Virus record (IMG/VR): IMGVR_UViG_3300029492_000005
Span: 1 to 59,393 of that record
Strand: one strand, 5' to 3'
Length of the DNA stretch: 59,393 nt
From: a virus
Of the stretch, positions 52,660-59,393 are shown one piece after another. The translations under genes were made by a program, and so were the position numbers. The notes beneath the pieces were generated by a model. It did not search any database. It had not been told where the DNA came from and was given only the letters and a program-made list of their open reading frames with translations. How positions within the stretch are numbered: the stretch's first letter is position 1; each line of letters begins with the position of its first letter.

Positions 52660-53160
52660 ACAGGTGTACAAATCAATAGCAAGTGTACACCTGTTTCCAC
52701 TTCTTGTACACCTAACCGTCCACATTTCGTACACCTATTTCCACAATCTGTACACCTATCTCCATTTTTTGTACACCTCTTTACATTATATAAAACAAGA
52801 CTATTAACAGGATTATAAAATAACTTCTACTAATAGCAGAAGAAGAAAATTTTCCACAAAATCTTTTCTTTCTCTCTTAAAAAGTGGAAAACGCAAAGCG
52901 AATACTACCAAATAAACAGTTGTTCAACATCCAAAAGGTTGAAGCGCTTAACGGTTAGCTTTACCTAACGTGTACAAAAAGTGGATGAAAAACTTTTAAT
53001 TCAATGCTATGGGGGACAGATTGACAAGCCAACCAATCACAGGCAATAGATTGACGGTAATTCGTTGTTTATTCCGCGCAAATGCTGTCGATTTACAGAC
53101 TATGGGGGACGGAATGACAAGGAGAATTTGCCCGATAGGTGTACAAAAAGTGGATTAACG
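52660..53160. promoter_or_regulatory. Iteron-type origin of plasmid replication (oriV)
   Basis: Five direct iterons, three inverted iteron copies, an AT-rich tract (52780-52870) and a pair of 22-bp repeats. Confidence 0.7.
52685..52778 (+). repeat. Five direct iterons (TCCAC-N5/6-GTACACCT) with 21-23 bp periodicity
   Basis: GTACACCT at 52685, 52706, 52729, 52750 and 52771. Inverted copies AGGTGTAC at 52662 and 53137, and tgtacaaaaagtgga at 52971. Confidence 0.9.
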
Positions 53161-53199
53161 TGGACAAAATGTTCTGCAAAAACTGCGATAATTCGACAA

Positions 53200-53793
53200 T
53201 CAGCGCAAAATGTTTTCTTCGTTGATGGTATAAGAATCGTTTCGCTTCATGGCCGCAGCTTCCCCACAGTCCTGTGCCTGATATAAAATCTGCATATTGG
53301 GTTGTGTTCCGTCTGGGTCTGGGTCGGTTTTTGTGGCCTGCGCCATTTCATAATGACCTGTGACGGTACGGCAGACGGACACACGATCACGCAAAGTCGT
53401 GTGAAGGTTGGCTACCATTTCGCACAGAACGGCAAGGTAATCTGAGCCGTGATTGCCATAGATCAGATAGCACAGCAGGTCGATTTCTTGCGGATGGGCT
53501 TCTTTGATATGCTCTATCAGCGCATCCCTCTTTCTCTCGGTGCTGGCATCGCCAGCCAGACTTTCCAATAATCCAGGATGCAAACAAGTGTCTATGTACG
53601 GCTTGGCCGCAACACCGCAGCACACAAACCATTTTATGATAGTAGAAGCATCTGGGGTCATTGTCCCTTGCTCATAACGAAAGATGGATGTTCGGCCTAT
53701 ACCCATTTTGTCCGCAAGCTTCTGTTGGCTAAGCCCAGATTCTGCTCTTGCCATCTCTAACACTTTTGCCACTCGTATCCTATAATCATCCAT
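53200..53793 (-). CDS. XRE-family HTH regulator adjacent to the origin
   Basis: MDDYRIRVAKVLEMARAESGLSQQKLADKMGIGRTSIFRYEQG (N-terminal HTH), then a ~130-aa C-terminal domain. Confidence 0.75.
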   Translation of the reverse strand: MDDYRIRVAKVLEMARAESGLSQQKLADKMGIGRTSIFRYEQGTMTPDASTIIKWFVCCGVAAKPYIDTCLHPGLLESLAGDASTERKRDALIEHIKEAHPQEIDLLCYLIYGNHGSDYLAVLCEMVANLHTTLRDRVSVCRTVTGHYEMAQATKTDPDPDGTQPNMQILYQAQDCGEAAAMKRNDSYTINEENILR

Positions 53794-53955
53794 AAATACC
53801 CCTCTTTCGACAAAATGACACAAAAGCAAAGAAATTCAACTGATATATTGTTCAAAATGTGAAACAATAATTGAAAAAAGTCGCTGTTCCATTGAAACAG
53901 CGAGATGTGGTATAACTGTATTGTCAAAAAATTCCAAATAGAAAGGAAACACAAA

Positions 53956-54066
53956 ATGAAAGAAACTGCAATCTGGAACTATGAACGTATGCCAATCATC
54001 GATGGAATGCCCGCCAGCGTTACCGATGGGCAGCCACACACACCTGAACCGTGGGAGGAAAGCTAA
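53956..54066 (+). CDS. Possible 36-aa protein
   Basis: Not in the track. SD aaaggaaacacaaaATG. Its stop overlaps the next ATG. Confidence 0.3.
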   Translation: MKETAIWNYERMPIIDGMPASVTDGQPHTPEPWEES

Positions 54067-54272
54067 TGAACCGAACTGTAGATGATTTGATTGTCCCATA
54101 CGCTCGCAGACGGACGCTGGAGCTTGTCCTGAGCCTTTCTGGGTACGAAGCTGATAAAGATGCTTACCTCGAAGCAAAAGGCATCCTGGAACGTGCCGTA
54201 GCCGCCTTAGACGATGGACGCGACCCGGCAGATAACATCGAACGCATTGACGGAAAGCTTGTGGAACTGTGA
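54066..54272 (+). CDS. Hypothetical protein
   Basis: MNRTVDDLIVPYARRRTLELV...; SD gggaggaaagctaATG. Confidence 0.5.
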   Translation: MNRTVDDLIVPYARRRTLELVLSLSGYEADKDAYLEAKGILERAVAALDDGRDPADNIERIDGKLVEL

Positions 54273-54284
54273 AAGGAGAAGAAG

Positions 54285-54530
54285 ATGGACTTTACGAACG
54301 GATTCTATAAAACCGAAAACCCTGTTATTCTTGAAGAAGTAAAAACCTTCCTCCAGTCAATGGAACGGCGTGGAGCAACCGTGAAGGACTTAGACGATGC
54401 CATTGTGCAGCTAAACAATGTTTCGCACAGCATCAGCACAAACGCTCTCGTCAAAGCAGATGTGCTGGACGATTTACCGGATAACCCCTTTCGTTCCATG
54501 CTCAACGGAATGTTACAAAGCAAAGGGTAA
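54285..54530 (+). CDS. Hypothetical protein
   Basis: 81-aa ORF with SD gaaaggagaagaagATG. Confidence 0.5.
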   Translation: MDFTNGFYKTENPVILEEVKTFLQSMERRGATVKDLDDAIVQLNNVSHSISTNALVKADVLDDLPDNPFRSMLNGMLQSKG

Positions 54531-54641
54531 CTTAAACTTAATGTGGCTCTTAATCATTGTCATTGCGATTTTTGGCTTCCCTGATACAAAGTAATGGATG
54601 CGAAGGAAACGATTGATTTTTGCGAAGTTGTTAAAAATACA

Positions 54642-54669
54642 TTGACTTTACAACTAGAAGATGTATAAT
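54642..54669 (+). promoter_or_regulatory. Sigma-70-type promoter (TTGACT-16 nt-TATAAT)
   Basis: ttgact at 54642-54647 and tataat at 54664-54669. Confidence 0.5.
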
Positions 54670-54716
54670 CGTATCAAATGAACATTCAGTTTTACTGATC
54701 GGGAGGATATGCTGCA

Positions 54717-54818
54717 ATGAGTGAACAGGAAAGAGCCAAGATTGACCGATTTATTGCATGGCTGCTGGAACATCCTGAAAAGATTCCGGCAGCGGAGCAA
54801 GCCCTAGACCTGGAATAA
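54717..54818 (+). CDS. Possible 33-aa protein in a stand-alone promoter-terminator unit
   Basis: SD gggaggatatgctgcaATG. MSEQERAKIDRFIAWLLEHPEKIPAAEQALDLE. Confidence 0.35.
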   Translation: MSEQERAKIDRFIAWLLEHPEKIPAAEQALDLE

Positions 54819-54822
54819 TAGA

Positions 54823-54870
54823 AAACCCCTTGCGCAGAGCTACACCAGCCCGGCACAAGGGGTTTTTATT
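54823..54870 (+). terminator. Rho-independent terminator
   Basis: aaaccccttg...cacaaggggttt stem followed by tttattt. Confidence 0.55.
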
Positions 54871-55022
54871 TTACCGGGTCAGAACCACTTCTTTTTTCGG
54901 TTTCTACGGTAACGATATTTTCTGCTGTTGCCATATAGTACACGGTCATTGCCTTTTAGCAAGGCTTGCATGAACCAAAAGCAAAAGGCACAGCCGCACA
55001 ACAAGTAATACACGGGCTTACC

Positions 55023-55343
55023 TCACATCTTCTCGATCAGGTTCATCAGCGCTTCACGCTGCGCTGTCGGCATAGATTCAAGTTTTTTCCGAATTCGCTC
55101 CACTGCTGCATCGACTTCACTTTGCGGCTGCTGGGACGTTTTTTCTTTTTGCTCGCCAGTGAGTTCCTCAACCGTAACGCCAAGCGCGTTGGCTACTGGC
55201 AAAAGCATTTCATCTGGAAAATCCCTGTCGGTAGTCAGCATTTGAGAGATATAACCTCTGCTTTTTCCGATTTCTCTGCACACAAAGGATATATTTACAC
55301 CCTTGTCGGCAGCGATTCTTTTGGCTCGCTCCACATTGCGCAT
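55023..55343 (-). CDS. cI-like XRE-family repressor
   Basis: MRNVERAKRIAADKGVNISFVCREIGKSRGYISQM (HTH). Divergent from a Cro-like gene. Confidence 0.7.
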   Translation of the reverse strand: MRNVERAKRIAADKGVNISFVCREIGKSRGYISQMLTTDRDFPDEMLLPVANALGVTVEELTGEQKEKTSQQPQSEVDAAVERIRKKLESMPTAQREALMNLIEKM

Positions 55344-55570
55344 AGAAAAAGACCTCTCTTTTTGTGCAAATAGCCAAATGTTCACAGAATTGAAGATTGA
55401 CTATTGAAAAATAGCTACTTGGCTAGTATAATATGAAGCACAGGGCAAACAAAAATCAAGACCCCTGACAAATCTATCGGGAAGTCGCTGGAAAATGTTC
55501 ACTTTGTACCTCGCAACTACATAGTAGCATATTTTCTAGTAAAATGCAAGCCCAGAAAGGAGAATGGCTA

Positions 55571-55771
55571 GTGAATCTTTCTAAAATCGACGAGTTTCGC
55601 AAGTTACATGGTCTGTCTCGTACTGACTTGGAAGTAGCTGCTGGTTTAAGCAACGGCGCACTGGGCAAGTGGGAACGCTCCGCAAATGGGCCGAGCATTC
55701 GACAGCTTGTGAAAGTCGCTGATTACTTCCGCGTGTCGGTGGACGCTCTTCTTGTAAGAGATAAGCAGTAA
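55571..55771 (+). CDS. Cro-like XRE-family HTH protein (GTG start)
   Basis: SD aaaggagaatggctaGTG. IDEFRKLHGLSRTDLEVAAGLSNGALGKWERS. Confidence 0.65.
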   Translation: MNLSKIDEFRKLHGLSRTDLEVAAGLSNGALGKWERSANGPSIRQLVKVADYFRVSVDALLVRDKQ

Positions 55772-55791
55772 ATCATAAGAAAGGGTTAAAA

Positions 55792-56577
55792 ATGAACGAC
55801 ATTATCTTATCTATGCAGAATGGCGAGCCTGTGGTTTCCAGCCGTCAGATTGCAGAGAGCTTCGAGAAACGTCATGACCATGTGATGCGTGACATCGAAG
55901 ATATTATGAAGGGTCTCCCCAAAAATGGGGACACCCACATGTTCTTCAAAACCGAGTACACCCACGAGCAGAACGGCCAGAGCTACCCCATGTATCTGAT
56001 GAACCGTGACGGTTTCACCCTGCTGGCTATGGGCTTTACCGGCAAGGCGGCTCTTGAGTGGAAGCTCAAGTACATTGCAGCGTTCAACGAAATGGAGAAG
56101 AAGCTGGCTGAACAGCCGAAGCTCACCCGCTCACAGCTCCTTGCAACTGCGCTGATCGCAGCGCACGAAGAACTGGAAGAGAAAGACAAACGGATTGCAG
56201 AGCTGACACCGGATGCAGAGTTTGCTCGTGCCGTGTGCATTGCAGACAACTGCCGGACAGCCACCAGCATCGCAAAGGACTACGGTTTGACTGCTGAAAA
56301 ACTGAACAAGCTGCTTTACAGCCAGCGAGTTCAGTACAAAGACAGCGATGGTCAGTGGGTGCTGTACAAGCCCTATCAGGGTAAGGGCTACACCAAGAAC
56401 CGCAAGGGCAAGGCCATTCAGCGCTCCAACGGTAAGACTTACATTCCAAACACAACGGTCTGGACGGTCGAGGGCGAAAAGCTCATCCATGAGCAACTCA
56501 AGAAGCTTGGCATCACGCCGAGAATCGAGACCAGGGCTGTTGCAGAACAGCAAGATTTCGGAGGATGGGAGGACTGA
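55792..56577 (+). CDS. Rha-family regulator / antirepressor (Phage_pRha N-terminus + ANT-like C-terminus)
   Basis: EPVVSSRQIAESFEKRHDHVMRDIEDI...YLMNRDGFTLLAMGFTGKAALEWKLKYIAAFNEME (Rha). C-terminal AEFARAVCIADNCRTATSIAKDYGL. Confidence 0.75.
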   Translation: MNDIILSMQNGEPVVSSRQIAESFEKRHDHVMRDIEDIMKGLPKNGDTHMFFKTEYTHEQNGQSYPMYLMNRDGFTLLAMGFTGKAALEWKLKYIAAFNEMEKKLAEQPKLTRSQLLATALIAAHEELEEKDKRIAELTPDAEFARAVCIADNCRTATSIAKDYGLTAEKLNKLLYSQRVQYKDSDGQWVLYKPYQGKGYTKNRKGKAIQRSNGKTYIPNTTVWTVEGEKLIHEQLKKLGITPRIETRAVAEQQDFGGWED

Positions 56578-56579
56578 AC

Positions 56580-56825
56580 ATGGAGAAGATTATCACCTTA
56601 AAGGTAGACCTTGAATACCCGGAAGAAGCCAAGTTTGCCATTGACGCCGCGGCCAAGACCTACTCGGATTTCAAGCGTGAGCAAGCGACAAGGCGCTTTG
56701 TAGAAAATGGTTGTACGCCGGAAGATGCAAAGAAAATCGCAAAGTTCATCCAGTTTCTTGACCAGTGTTTTTCTGAACACAATGAAAGAGCCTTAAGAAA
56801 GGCAAGTGAAGTGGATGGAGATTAA
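56580..56825 (+). CDS. Hypothetical protein
   Basis: ATG at 56580 directly after the upstream stop; 81 aa. Confidence 0.5.
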   Translation: MEKIITLKVDLEYPEEAKFAIDAAAKTYSDFKREQATRRFVENGCTPEDAKKIAKFIQFLDQCFSEHNERALRKASEVDGD

Positions 56826-57285
56826 ATACTGTGAGCGGTGTGGTGTCTTTCTTGGCCTTGTAAATCCGTGCAAGAAATACTGTGAAGAATGTAAAATCAT
56901 TGTTCGCAGAGAACGGCAGGCTCTTATAAAGAAAGGAATCAAGGCTAATCCGGAACCGGCTTTATGCGCTTGGTGCAAGAAGCCAATGGTTCGGAAGGTC
57001 TGGTCTCAGAAGTATCACCCTGAATGCGCAGCAGATGCAAACAAGGCTTTGACCAAAAAGTACAAAGCCAAAAAGCAAAAAGAGCTGAATGAGCTAAAAG
57101 CATCTGGTGAGTTCAAAATTACTTGGGATGTGCAGGAGCCAGAACGTGCGAGACCTCAAAAGCACGAGCCTCCAAAGTATACCGTGCGGCAGATGAACGA
57201 TGCCGCAAAACGATATGGCATGAGCTACGGCCATTACAGTACTTTACTTGCACAGGGAAAGGTGAAGGCCCCTGATGAACGGTAA
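56815..57285 (+). CDS. Zinc-ribbon hypothetical protein
   Basis: MEIKYCERCG...CKKYCEECK...CAWCKK...HPEC. Confidence 0.5.
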   Translation: MEIKYCERCGVFLGLVNPCKKYCEECKIIVRRERQALIKKGIKANPEPALCAWCKKPMVRKVWSQKYHPECAADANKALTKKYKAKKQKELNELKASGEFKITWDVQEPERARPQKHEPPKYTVRQMNDAAKRYGMSYGHYSTLLAQGKVKAPDER

Positions 57286-57436
57286 ATACTACAGCCAACG
57301 GGAAATCCGCTGGCACAGCCGGGAGAAAGACCGTCTAAAACGCATCCAGCGTAAGCAAAGGATGGCAAACGATGAAGAAAGCAGTAAGCAATTTCAACAA
57401 AAGCAGTCCGTGGCAGAAGCGCTGGCAAGAGCGTGA
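57275..57436 (+). CDS. Possible 53-aa basic protein
   Basis: Not in the track. Overlaps the upstream stop. MNGKYYSQREIRWHSREKDRLKRIQRKQRM... Confidence 0.3.
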   Translation: MNGKYYSQREIRWHSREKDRLKRIQRKQRMANDEESSKQFQQKQSVAEALARA

Positions 57437-57480
57437 ACCTTTAAGACTGGAACACATCGAGAAAGAAAGAGTGAACAAAA

Positions 57481-58104
57481 ATGAAAAAAATCAAAGTCAG
57501 AATCACATTCATCGAAGCAGTTCTCGGCACATGGCCTAGCAATCAGAACATTGCACGCGAGTTCATCGCCAGCAAGTCCCCGGATGCAAATACCATCGAG
57601 GACGAGGTTGCTGCTCTGGGCGCTGATGCTGTGGCAGATAAGGGCATGACCGTGTTCCCTCGCAACGAAGACGGAGAACCCGTCTTGTATGACTACCAGA
57701 TCAAGGGCTTCTTCAAGGATTCTTGCGGTATGCTGGGTCGTATCGGCGGCAAGACCGAGACTGGCAAAAAGAAAGCCGTGAATGAATCCGGAAAGCTCAC
57801 CGCATACAAGAAGGTCATTGACGGTCTTATTTTCGTGTCTCCCCGGATGATTCCCATTCATGTGAACGGCGAGATTACCGAGTGCCAGCGTCCGCTGCGT
57901 GCGCAGACGGCACAGGGCGAACGTGTCAGCCTTGCCAACAGCGAGCAGATTCCCGCTGGTTCGACCTGCGAGTTTGAAATCGTTCTTCTGGACGATTCTC
58001 ACGAGAAGGTCGTGCGTGAGTGGCTGGATTACGGTGCTCTGCGTGGCATCGGACAGTGGCGCAACAGTGGGCGCGGGAAGTTTTCGTATGAAATCCTGAA
58101 CTGA
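57481..58104 (+). CDS. Hypothetical protein with C-terminal RAMP-like glycine-rich loop
   Basis: 207 aa. N-terminal strand KVRITFIEAVLG. The C-terminus GALRGIGQWRNSGRGKFSYEIL fits GxGxxxxxGxG. Confidence 0.55.
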   Translation: MKKIKVRITFIEAVLGTWPSNQNIAREFIASKSPDANTIEDEVAALGADAVADKGMTVFPRNEDGEPVLYDYQIKGFFKDSCGMLGRIGGKTETGKKKAVNESGKLTAYKKVIDGLIFVSPRMIPIHVNGEITECQRPLRAQTAQGERVSLANSEQIPAGSTCEFEIVLLDDSHEKVVREWLDYGALRGIGQWRNSGRGKFSYEILN

Positions 58105-58550
58105 TCGCAATGGCACAGCTTTTCAATGAAAGGCGAAGCAATGGAAAACTGTGGATTTGAACCGCGCATCAAAGGCAATGCAAAGGATTGAACAGATACG
58201 CAATGGAATTGCATAGACACGACATGATTTGCTCCGCAACGGAACAGCTCGGAATTGCTGATAACAGCATGGCTATGGCACGGCTTTGAGACGTGGCACA
58301 AAGGCAAAGCATGGAGCAGAAGCGAGTCGCAACTGCAAGGCAGGGAATTGAAAGGCGATGCAATGGCACAGCGAAGAAACGCAACGTAAAACAAAGGCGT
58401 TGAGAAGTAGCGCATCGCGAAGGCTATGGATGCAAGGCGTAGCTTTGATAAGCAAAGGCATCGAACGGCGGCAACGTGCGACGCAATGGCAAAGAATAGA
58501 ACCAATAGGCTAAGGCATTGAGTAGCTAGGAGCAGAACAGCAACGGCAAA
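58105..58550 (+). repeat. Purine-rich (plus strand) non-coding region with degenerate AAAGGC...GCAATGG repeats
   Basis: GCAATGG at 58107, 58138, 58200, 58360 and 58483. AAAGGC at 58129, 58171, 58300, 58351, 58393 and 58454. The 18-mers at 58127 and 58349 are 17/18 identical. No plus-strand ORF. Confidence 0.8.
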
Positions 58551-58566
58551 AATGAAAGGAGACAAG

Positions 58567-58776
58567 ATGAAAGCATTTATTGAAGTTGCCCTGATGTGGG
58601 GCATAGCGCTGGCGGTGGTTTTGGCGGTATTTCTGCTGAACTTCTGGATGGTGCATCACATCGGAATTCTGGTAGGAGCATCAGCTGCCCGTGGAATCAT
58701 CACGGTATCTGTGGCGATGGCTACGGCATGGATACTGAGTTTTGGAGGTAATAAGAGTGAAAAGCCTGAAAGCTAA
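58567..58776 (+). CDS. Small multi-TM membrane protein
   Basis: SD gaaaggagacaagATG. ALMWGIALAVVLAVFLLNFW and further hydrophobic helices. Confidence 0.55.
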   Translation: MKAFIEVALMWGIALAVVLAVFLLNFWMVHHIGILVGASAARGIITVSVAMATAWILSFGGNKSEKPES

Positions 58777-59017
58777 TGTCCTTTGCACGCTTGGAATCGC
58801 GTTAGCAATCTTTTCGGTAGGATGCGGCGATGCAATCCAAAAAAGTCAGAGCACAGTAGCAATGTTTGGATACGTTTTCCTTTCGTGCAGCTTCCTCGCC
58901 GCAGCACTCGTCTTGTGTGCCATTGGGGTCAGCTCTGAAAATGAACGCATTGAACAGGAAAATCGCAAAGTAAAACGCATTCCTCACCACACCAACGAGT
59001 GGAGGGATGCACGATGA
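58757..59017 (+). CDS. Small membrane/lipoprotein-like protein (GTG start)
   Basis: SD ggaggtaataagaGTG. LGIALAIFSVGCG is lipobox-like, followed by a second TM. Confidence 0.45.
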   Translation: MKSLKANVLCTLGIALAIFSVGCGDAIQKSQSTVAMFGYVFLSCSFLAAALVLCAIGVSSENERIEQENRKVKRIPHHTNEWRDAR

Positions 59018-59208
59018 AATGCCCGATGTGCGGTAGTGACAACATCACAACGGTTGATAGCCGGTCTGACCACGATAGCATCATTCGCCGAAAGAAGTGC
59101 ATTTCCTGTAACCATCGGTGGTCTACCATCGAAATCGACAAAGACCAGTGGTACAGCGCACTGCAAATCAAAGAGAGACGCAAGAGAGGGAGACCAAAAG
59201 ATGATTAA
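59014..59208 (+). CDS. NrdR-like zinc-ribbon protein (no ATP-cone)
   Basis: MKCPMCGSDNITTVDSR...RRKKCISCNHRWSTIE mirrors the N-terminal Zn ribbon of NrdR. Confidence 0.5.
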   Translation: MKCPMCGSDNITTVDSRSDHDSIIRRKKCISCNHRWSTIEIDKDQWYSALQIKERRKRGRPKDD

Positions 59209-59393
59209 CCTTGACAGATTCGGTGGTGTGACCGAGCCGGAGGACGGCGTGTACTTCATGACCAACGAGCAGATGGCGGAATCGAAAGAAGCCGACCGGC
59301 TGGCAGCGATTGAGGACTTACAGTCTGAGATTGAGGACCGGGAAGCAGAGCTGAAAAACCTCCGTGCGCAGTTGGCAGACCTGATAGCTGGTT
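59201..59393 (+). CDS. 64-aa coiled-coil protein spanning the circular junction (stop codon is TGA at window positions 99-101)
   Basis: ATG at 59201 with SD gggagaccaaaagATG. The reading frame runs through the terminal repeat: ...LAAIEDLQSEIEDREAELKNLRAQLADLIAG*. Confidence 0.55.
   Translation, partial: MINLDRFGGVTEPEDGVYFMTNEQMAESKEADRLAAIEDLQSEIEDREAELKNLRAQLADLIAG
59295..59393. repeat. Terminal direct repeat, copy 2 (identical to 1-99)
   Basis: Exact 99-nt identity with the start of the window. Confidence 0.95.

Noticed and set aside
58105-58550. Possible CRISPR-like array next to the RAMP-like protein
   Set aside because: The repeats are short and degenerate, and their spacing is irregular (25-160 bp). 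There is no repeat-spacer architecture.
58029-58604. 191-aa minus-strand ORF with recurring IASPF/IASH motifs
   Set aside because: It is open only because the plus strand is purine-rich, so the minus strand lacks stop codons. It overlaps well-supported plus-strand genes at both ends, and its repeats simply mirror the DNA repeats.

Overview
The window is one complete, circularly closed replicon. Its first and last 99 nt are identical, leaving 59,294 bp of unique sequence. It is a temperate, siphovirus-type tailed phage that also carries a full plasmid-maintenance module and has no integrase, so it reads as a phage-plasmid. The host is probably a Firmicute/Clostridia-like bacterium, inferred only from the flavour of the protein families and the GGAGG-type ribosome-binding sites.

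Layout:
- 55.0-56.6 kb: cI/Cro-type switch plus a Rha/ANT antirepressor.
- 56.6 kb across the junction to 13.2 kb: early operon. It encodes an NrdR-like Zn ribbon, ERF, SSB, an HNH homing endonuclease, a C5 methyltransferase, ASCH, a RecU-like nuclease, DUF551 paralogues, a TerS-like protein, an SPFH protein, Lar, a DnaD-like organiser and DnaB.
- 13.2-14.9 kb: 1.7 kb without credible ORFs, full of repeats and hairpins.
- 14.9-21.5 kb: a small minus-strand cassette, a moron, antirepressor/RHH genes, an HTH protein plus a small serine recombinase, and an AT-rich islet.
- 21.6-43.3 kb: late operon. It encodes an intein-containing TerL, a structured RNA plus tRNA-Met, an SPP1-type portal, scaffold, gpD-like decoration protein, gpE-like capsid, connectors, major tail protein, G/GT chaperone with a -1 frameshift, tape measure, tail tip and fibres, a GH25 endolysin and holins.
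- 43.3-44.6 kb: regulator and candidate sRNA region.
- 44.8-47.9 kb: an unknown five-gene block of Cys/Gly/Gln-rich proteins.
- 47.9-52.7 kb: minus-strand plasmid block with a Rep_3-type initiator, ParA, a ParG-like RHH protein and an AAA+ ATPase operon.
- 52.66-53.16 kb: iteron origin.

Most noteworthy observations:
1. The C5 methyltransferase has a circularly permuted motif order, with motifs I-II at the C-terminus. It sits next to an HNH homing endonuclease and contains a 214-codon protein-like ORF in an alternative frame.
2. TerL carries an Ala1, WCT-type (class-3-like) LAGLIDADG intein in its P-loop.
3. GGCT repeats with strict 10-bp phasing lie inside the RHH gene next to parA, followed by an uncharacterised AAA+/membrane/unknown operon.
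4. Nine same-orientation CGACTAT sites and a 127-bp C-tract block lie in the large non-coding region.
5. About 430 nt of hairpin-rich non-coding sequence and a tRNA-Met sit between terminase and portal.
6. A protein with a RAMP-like glycine loop is followed by a purine-rich degenerate repeat region.

All functional calls rest on motif recognition by eye. No database search was possible.
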